Assembly: GCF_018350175.1 (NCBI RefSeq)
Contig: NC_058368.1
Location: forward strand, 1,674,001-1,738,000
DNA: 64,000 nucleotides
DNA from: Felis catus
Lineage: Eukaryota
Direction of reading: 5' to 3'
The position numbers were made by a program, and so were the translations under genes. Within the stretch, counting starts at the first letter, position 1, and the number at the start of each line of letters is the position of its first letter. A model generated the notes under the pieces. The model ran no database searches, was not told where the DNA came from, and saw only the letters and a program-made list of their open reading frames with translations. Positions 59,768 through 64,000 of this stretch are shown in pieces.

Positions 59768-61720
59768 AGGCGCCTGGGTGGCTCAGTCACTTAAGCCTCC
59801 GACTCTTGATCTGGGTTCAGGTCATGAGCTTACGGTTTGTGAGATCAAGCCCCTCGCTGGGGGCTTGGGGCCTGCTTAGGGTTCTCGCTCTCCCTGTCTG
59901 CCCCTCCCCCACGCACACATGTACATGCTCTCTCAAAAAAAAAATCAACTTTTTTTAGTGTGAGATTCAAACAAAGTAATTATAAAAAAATCAAAATCTG
60001 AAGTTCAGAGTCACCAGCCAGTCCCTCCCAGAACGACTCCCAGCAGTCTTGTATTAAGTTCTCAGAGCCTTCTCTGGTAATTCACAAGCTTGCAGAATGT
60101 CGCCAGTGTTAGCCTCTAGACCTGAGCCTGAGTTACCCGGATGTCTTCAGCTTGAAGTCTGCTTCAGAAACATCAGGACCTCCTAACAGGATGCCAGGGC
60201 GTGCCCGGTTGGTGCTGAAGCGGAGCCCAGAGGACAGCGTCCCCAGTTCCACCCCAAGAAACTCTGCCCAGACCGTCGTCTGCCTCTCACAAACATCGGA
60301 AGGATCAGGGTGTGCCTCAGAGGCCACTGAGGGGCCAGACCCCCCGACACCGAGAGTTTTGCTCAGCCTCCCGAGGTGACCTCTCCCCAGTGAGACTCCT
60401 TAAACCACACCGTGTCTCAGAACACATGGGGCGCCTCAGCTGGGCCTGGCGCCTCCACCGCAGTCAGGGTCAGGGTAGCAGAGGCAGACGGCTGAGGCCG
60501 CCCGGGATCTGACAACCGAGCGCAGAGAGGGAGAGGCCTTGCCGTTCCAAATTCACCTCCTGGCCCTGGCCCTGGCCCTGGCCCTCACCCCCTGCTGTTT
60601 TCTTGTTCAATAATTTTTCCTTTCTCTCATCTATTCCATTTCAGTCCAACACAAATAGTCCTAGTGCACAAATGCGCCTTATCCTCACAGGAGGGAATTT
60701 TGGAGTAGAAACTGTGTTATTGGCACATTTTTACAAGCTGGGTGTCATGGTGCCTGGTTCTCTTGGCACAAGTTTAAAGTATTAAATACTTCCTTTTCAG
60801 GGTCCTTGCTTGCTTGCTTTCTTCCCCCACCATTTGACGTTTTGTTCCTTATTTCCTGGTCCCTTGAGTTACATGGCATCCCAGACTTCTTCATTCGCTC
60901 CTGCAGCCCGAATTCGATGCCTCTTTCAGTGACCTTGCTGGTTCCACCGTAACACTTTTTCGAGAATCGCGTCTTCTGCCTTTTTTCTCCAGCTCGTGTG
61001 CAGGCTGTCCTGGCTTTGAAGTCTGAACAAACCCTGCTGTGGATGCCTCTCTCACTTCCTCTTTCCCCTCCCCTCACGGGCCCTTTCAGAGCATCCAGCA
61101 AGCACGCTGCAAATGCACCCTCACCCCCTCCGGCGGCTCCCCGCCACTCACCGTGTGCATATGGCCGCTTGCCTATTTACTGTAACCCCACATGTGACAG
61201 GCCCCCGTCTTAACCATCTAACACCTCTACCTGTGAGACCTCAAGATGCACATTTCTGTCTTTATGTGGAAATATTTGGCACTTCCGTCCGGGTTAGGCC
61301 CACGGGTCAGTTAGTGGAAAGGAATGATTTCCCAAATGCATTCAAAAGAGGCCAGCCTTAAGCTGCTAAAGTAAATGCCGCGCCTACAACTAGATTTTTT
61401 CAAGTATTGCCCGGGAAAGAGGACCACAAGGAATTTACATATTGGAATATGTGAAATAGCGATTTCTGAAATGATTAGCAGGAGTCCTTGAAAATTGTCC
61501 TTTTTTAAGGGCGCCTGGGTGACTCAGCCAGTTGAGCGAGCATCTGACTCTTGATTTCGGCTCGGGTCATGATCCCAGCGTCTTGGGATCGAGCCCCGCG
61601 TCAGGCGCTGAGCGTGGAGCCTGCTTGAGATTCTCTCTCTCTGCCCCTCCCCCACTCGCTCACACGTGAGTGCATGCTCACTGTCTCCTCTCACACTCAT
61701 ACAAAATTTCCAAAAAAGAA
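59768..61720 (+). mobile_element. Can-SINEs at 59768-59945 and 61509-61720
   Basis: Typical heads (ggcgcctgggtg(g/a)ctcag) and tails. Confidence 0.87.
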
Positions 61721-61814
61721 GAAAATGTTCCTTTTCTTCCAGATCAGGCTGGTCCCACGGCAGCCTTATTTTTGCTGTTATTTTGTTTAATGAGCCTCGG
61801 CACCCATCCTCTTT

Positions 61815-61960
61815 AGTGGCTCTCCAGTTTGAGCACGTGTCAGAGTCACCTGGAGGGCTTGTGAAAACAGCCTGCTGAGCTCCTAGTCCAGCATCTCTGA
61901 ACCAGTCTGGGCCGTGCCCAGGAATTTGCATTTCTGACAAGGTCCCCGCTGATGCTGATC
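61815..61960. mobile_element. MER5-like DNA transposon
   Basis: gtcagagtcacctggagggcttgtgaaaacag...ggaatttgcatttctgacaaggtccccgctgatgctgat. Confidence 0.7.
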
Positions 61961-63545
61961 TTAAAGGAGATATTGCAAGAGTAAGTGTGATGTGGTGCAT
62001 GTAGAAAGGTTGCTGCGGTCATTACCACCAAATGTAACTTCTTAGTAGTGGCAGTCATCCAGCCTCTGGCCTCGTGCCCTCACTCTGTCACTCCTGAGTG
62101 TAGTACCCTGGGAGGTGGTTTGAGCTTGAAACTGACTTAAAATTACGTGCACGCCCACGGAAGGGGCTCAGTGCAAATACTCAGTGCTGAGGAGCTATTA
62201 TTATTATTACTTGATTACGAACTGCATCGAAAAGCAATGGTGTCTGGTTTAGAATATTGAATATCCATTCCAGGATTTTCAGTACTTTGGTTTGTTTTTG
62301 TAGAATTAACTTAAGATGAAATGAACTTGTTTTAACTGGTTGAAGTAGAAATGCATTACTCTTTTAAGTGCCAAATTTTGGGTTAAGGTTTTAGCTGTTC
62401 AGTGCCAAAACATCAAACAATTCAGAAAAAAAGGCACGCTGACCATCAACTCACACAAAGAGAGCTGTATTCGACCCGTTCCAAGTCTCCAAGGTCAGCC
62501 TCTGTATGCTCTGCTGGATAAGCCAGATGAGAGGAGGAATCCTATGCCTGCCTAGTGAGCTGGCTTGCATCGAAAGGCCAGGAAATGCGCAGAACGCATC
62601 TGCTTCTCATGTGTATCTGTCCTCAGGAAACAAGAGTGCCTTCTTGTAAGGCATCGTCCATTTCAGCATGATGGTTGCATCTTGTGACTTGAGTACTGTG
62701 TTTGTCGTTAAGGTTTCATTTTCAAATCATTTTTATTCACTCTGTGTGATAATAGTTTGCTGCATTTTTTCATTTAATTTTTATCATGTCTTGGGTGTGA
62801 ACTTTTCCTGTGAAAATGTATCTCTTAATTTTACACAAATAATTTTATAATGAAAACGAGTAGGATAATATGACTCAGTGAACAGAAATTTCCTTTAAGG
62901 TCAACTTTTTGAGGAACCTATTTTTTATAAAGTACACTGTGACCATGTTCTAGTTTTAAAAACTGAAGTTTTAAGATTATAGTCCAAAGACGAGTACGTT
63001 TTTGACCAGAAGACCTTCTCACAGTTTTGCGAGCCTCAGTGGTGTCACAGGCAGAGGGAAGAGCTCATGCCTAGTGCCCAGCGCCTCCGGACGAACGGAA
63101 GATGGCGGCCTAAGGAGGTGAGGCAGGAAAAGCACATGTGAATGCACCTACGTTCAAAGAATCCAGTCAGCAAAATGTAGCTGATGTCTAGGAAGAAAGA
63201 CAGCGAGTATGCCCGGGGCAAAAAAGCCCAGAGAAGCCAGAGGCACTGAGGGCTCTTATTTCTCAAGACAGTCACTCCTGTCTGGTCCAGCCCCCCCGCC
63301 CCTTACCCCAGAAAGCCAAGGAGCAATTTTGCCGGATTCCCCAGAATGTGAGCATTTGGAAGCTGATACGTAACACAAAGTGAGCTTCGGTAGCAGTGAA
63401 TGTTGCCAGAGGGTCGATAGTGCTCACTACAGCACCGAAGCGTTCTCTGGGTCACAGATTGTGAAGAGGTCCCTTTGTGTCAGTCTGCCTTGCTGGTGTC
63501 CCCTGCTAACGGACCGCCTGTTTTCTGGTACAGGGATTCTCTGAG

Positions 63546-63853
63546 CCAGGGGGTCGGCACACTCTTTCTGTGGAGAGCCTGGTGGTAGAGAGCTGGGGCT
63601 CCGGGGCTGTACCTGACACTTGCTGTGTTGCAAAGGCAGGCACGCAGAGGCGACAGGGAAGTGACCGAGTGCGGCTGGCCTCTCTGAAGCTTCAGCTTTG
63701 GACGCTGAAATGTGAATGTCCTATAAATTTCGTGGGTCACAAAATATTTTTCCCAGCCATTTGAAAACGTACAAACTGCTCTTAGCTCACTAGATGTTCA
63801 AGAACAGGGATGGGCCAGGTTTGGCACCCACACTGTAGTTGTGCTAAATCTTG
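63546..63853 (+). mobile_element. MER58B-like hAT DNA transposon
   Basis: Begins cagggggtcggcacact..ttctgt. Contains acgctgaaatgtgaat, gtcacaaaatatt, ccagccatttgaaaacgtacaaact..cttagctca. Ends gggccaggtttggc..tgtagttgtgct. Confidence 0.75.
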
Positions 63854-64000
63854 TTTTCTTGCTCCAGACCAGACTCTCCATGAATATCCCTGGGGGTGAC
63901 AGGTGGAGACCCGGGGGTTGTCTTCTTGATCAAAGTACTGGTTTTAGCCATCTGATCCAAGCATGCAGCTTGTGCGATAGCAATAAGATTCTGTGTCACT

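Noticed and set aside
63099..63109. YY1-like motif AAGATGGCGGC with a few CpGs as an internal promoter
   Set aside because: A single short motif with no CpG island or other support.
57407..64000. Final IFT88 exons (DSGQNYS... and ...DDLLPE*)
   Set aside because: I found no matching translation; they presumably lie downstream of the window.

Overview
Mammalian genomic DNA, almost certainly from a felid: it carries dozens of carnivore tRNA-derived Can-SINEs, including several near-identical young SINEC_Fc-type copies, and feline/carnivore-type L1 3' ends. The whole window lies inside the IFT88 gene (intraflagellar transport 88/Polaris, a TPR protein) on the + strand. I traced ten consecutive coding exons (16706-57406), all with GT-AG boundaries and consistent phases, encoding the C-terminal TPR half from CVEVVKASQY to ...REGSAGS. 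The upstream exons and the final exons lie outside the window. The rest is intron dominated by L1, SINE, LTR and DNA-transposon relics, plus a full-length TMSB4X processed pseudogene. Almost all entries in the ORF track are spurious or come from repeats. I found no new gene system. The most notable observations are: a probable U12 (minor spliceosome) intron; two apparent L1 3' transductions, one with a reused target site; a SINE with an internal template-switch inversion; an L1 whose RT catalytic motif is replaced by a double fold-back scar; and a close, near-identical inverted SINE pair. Repeat family names come from recalled consensus sequences, not from a database run, and repeat ends are approximate.
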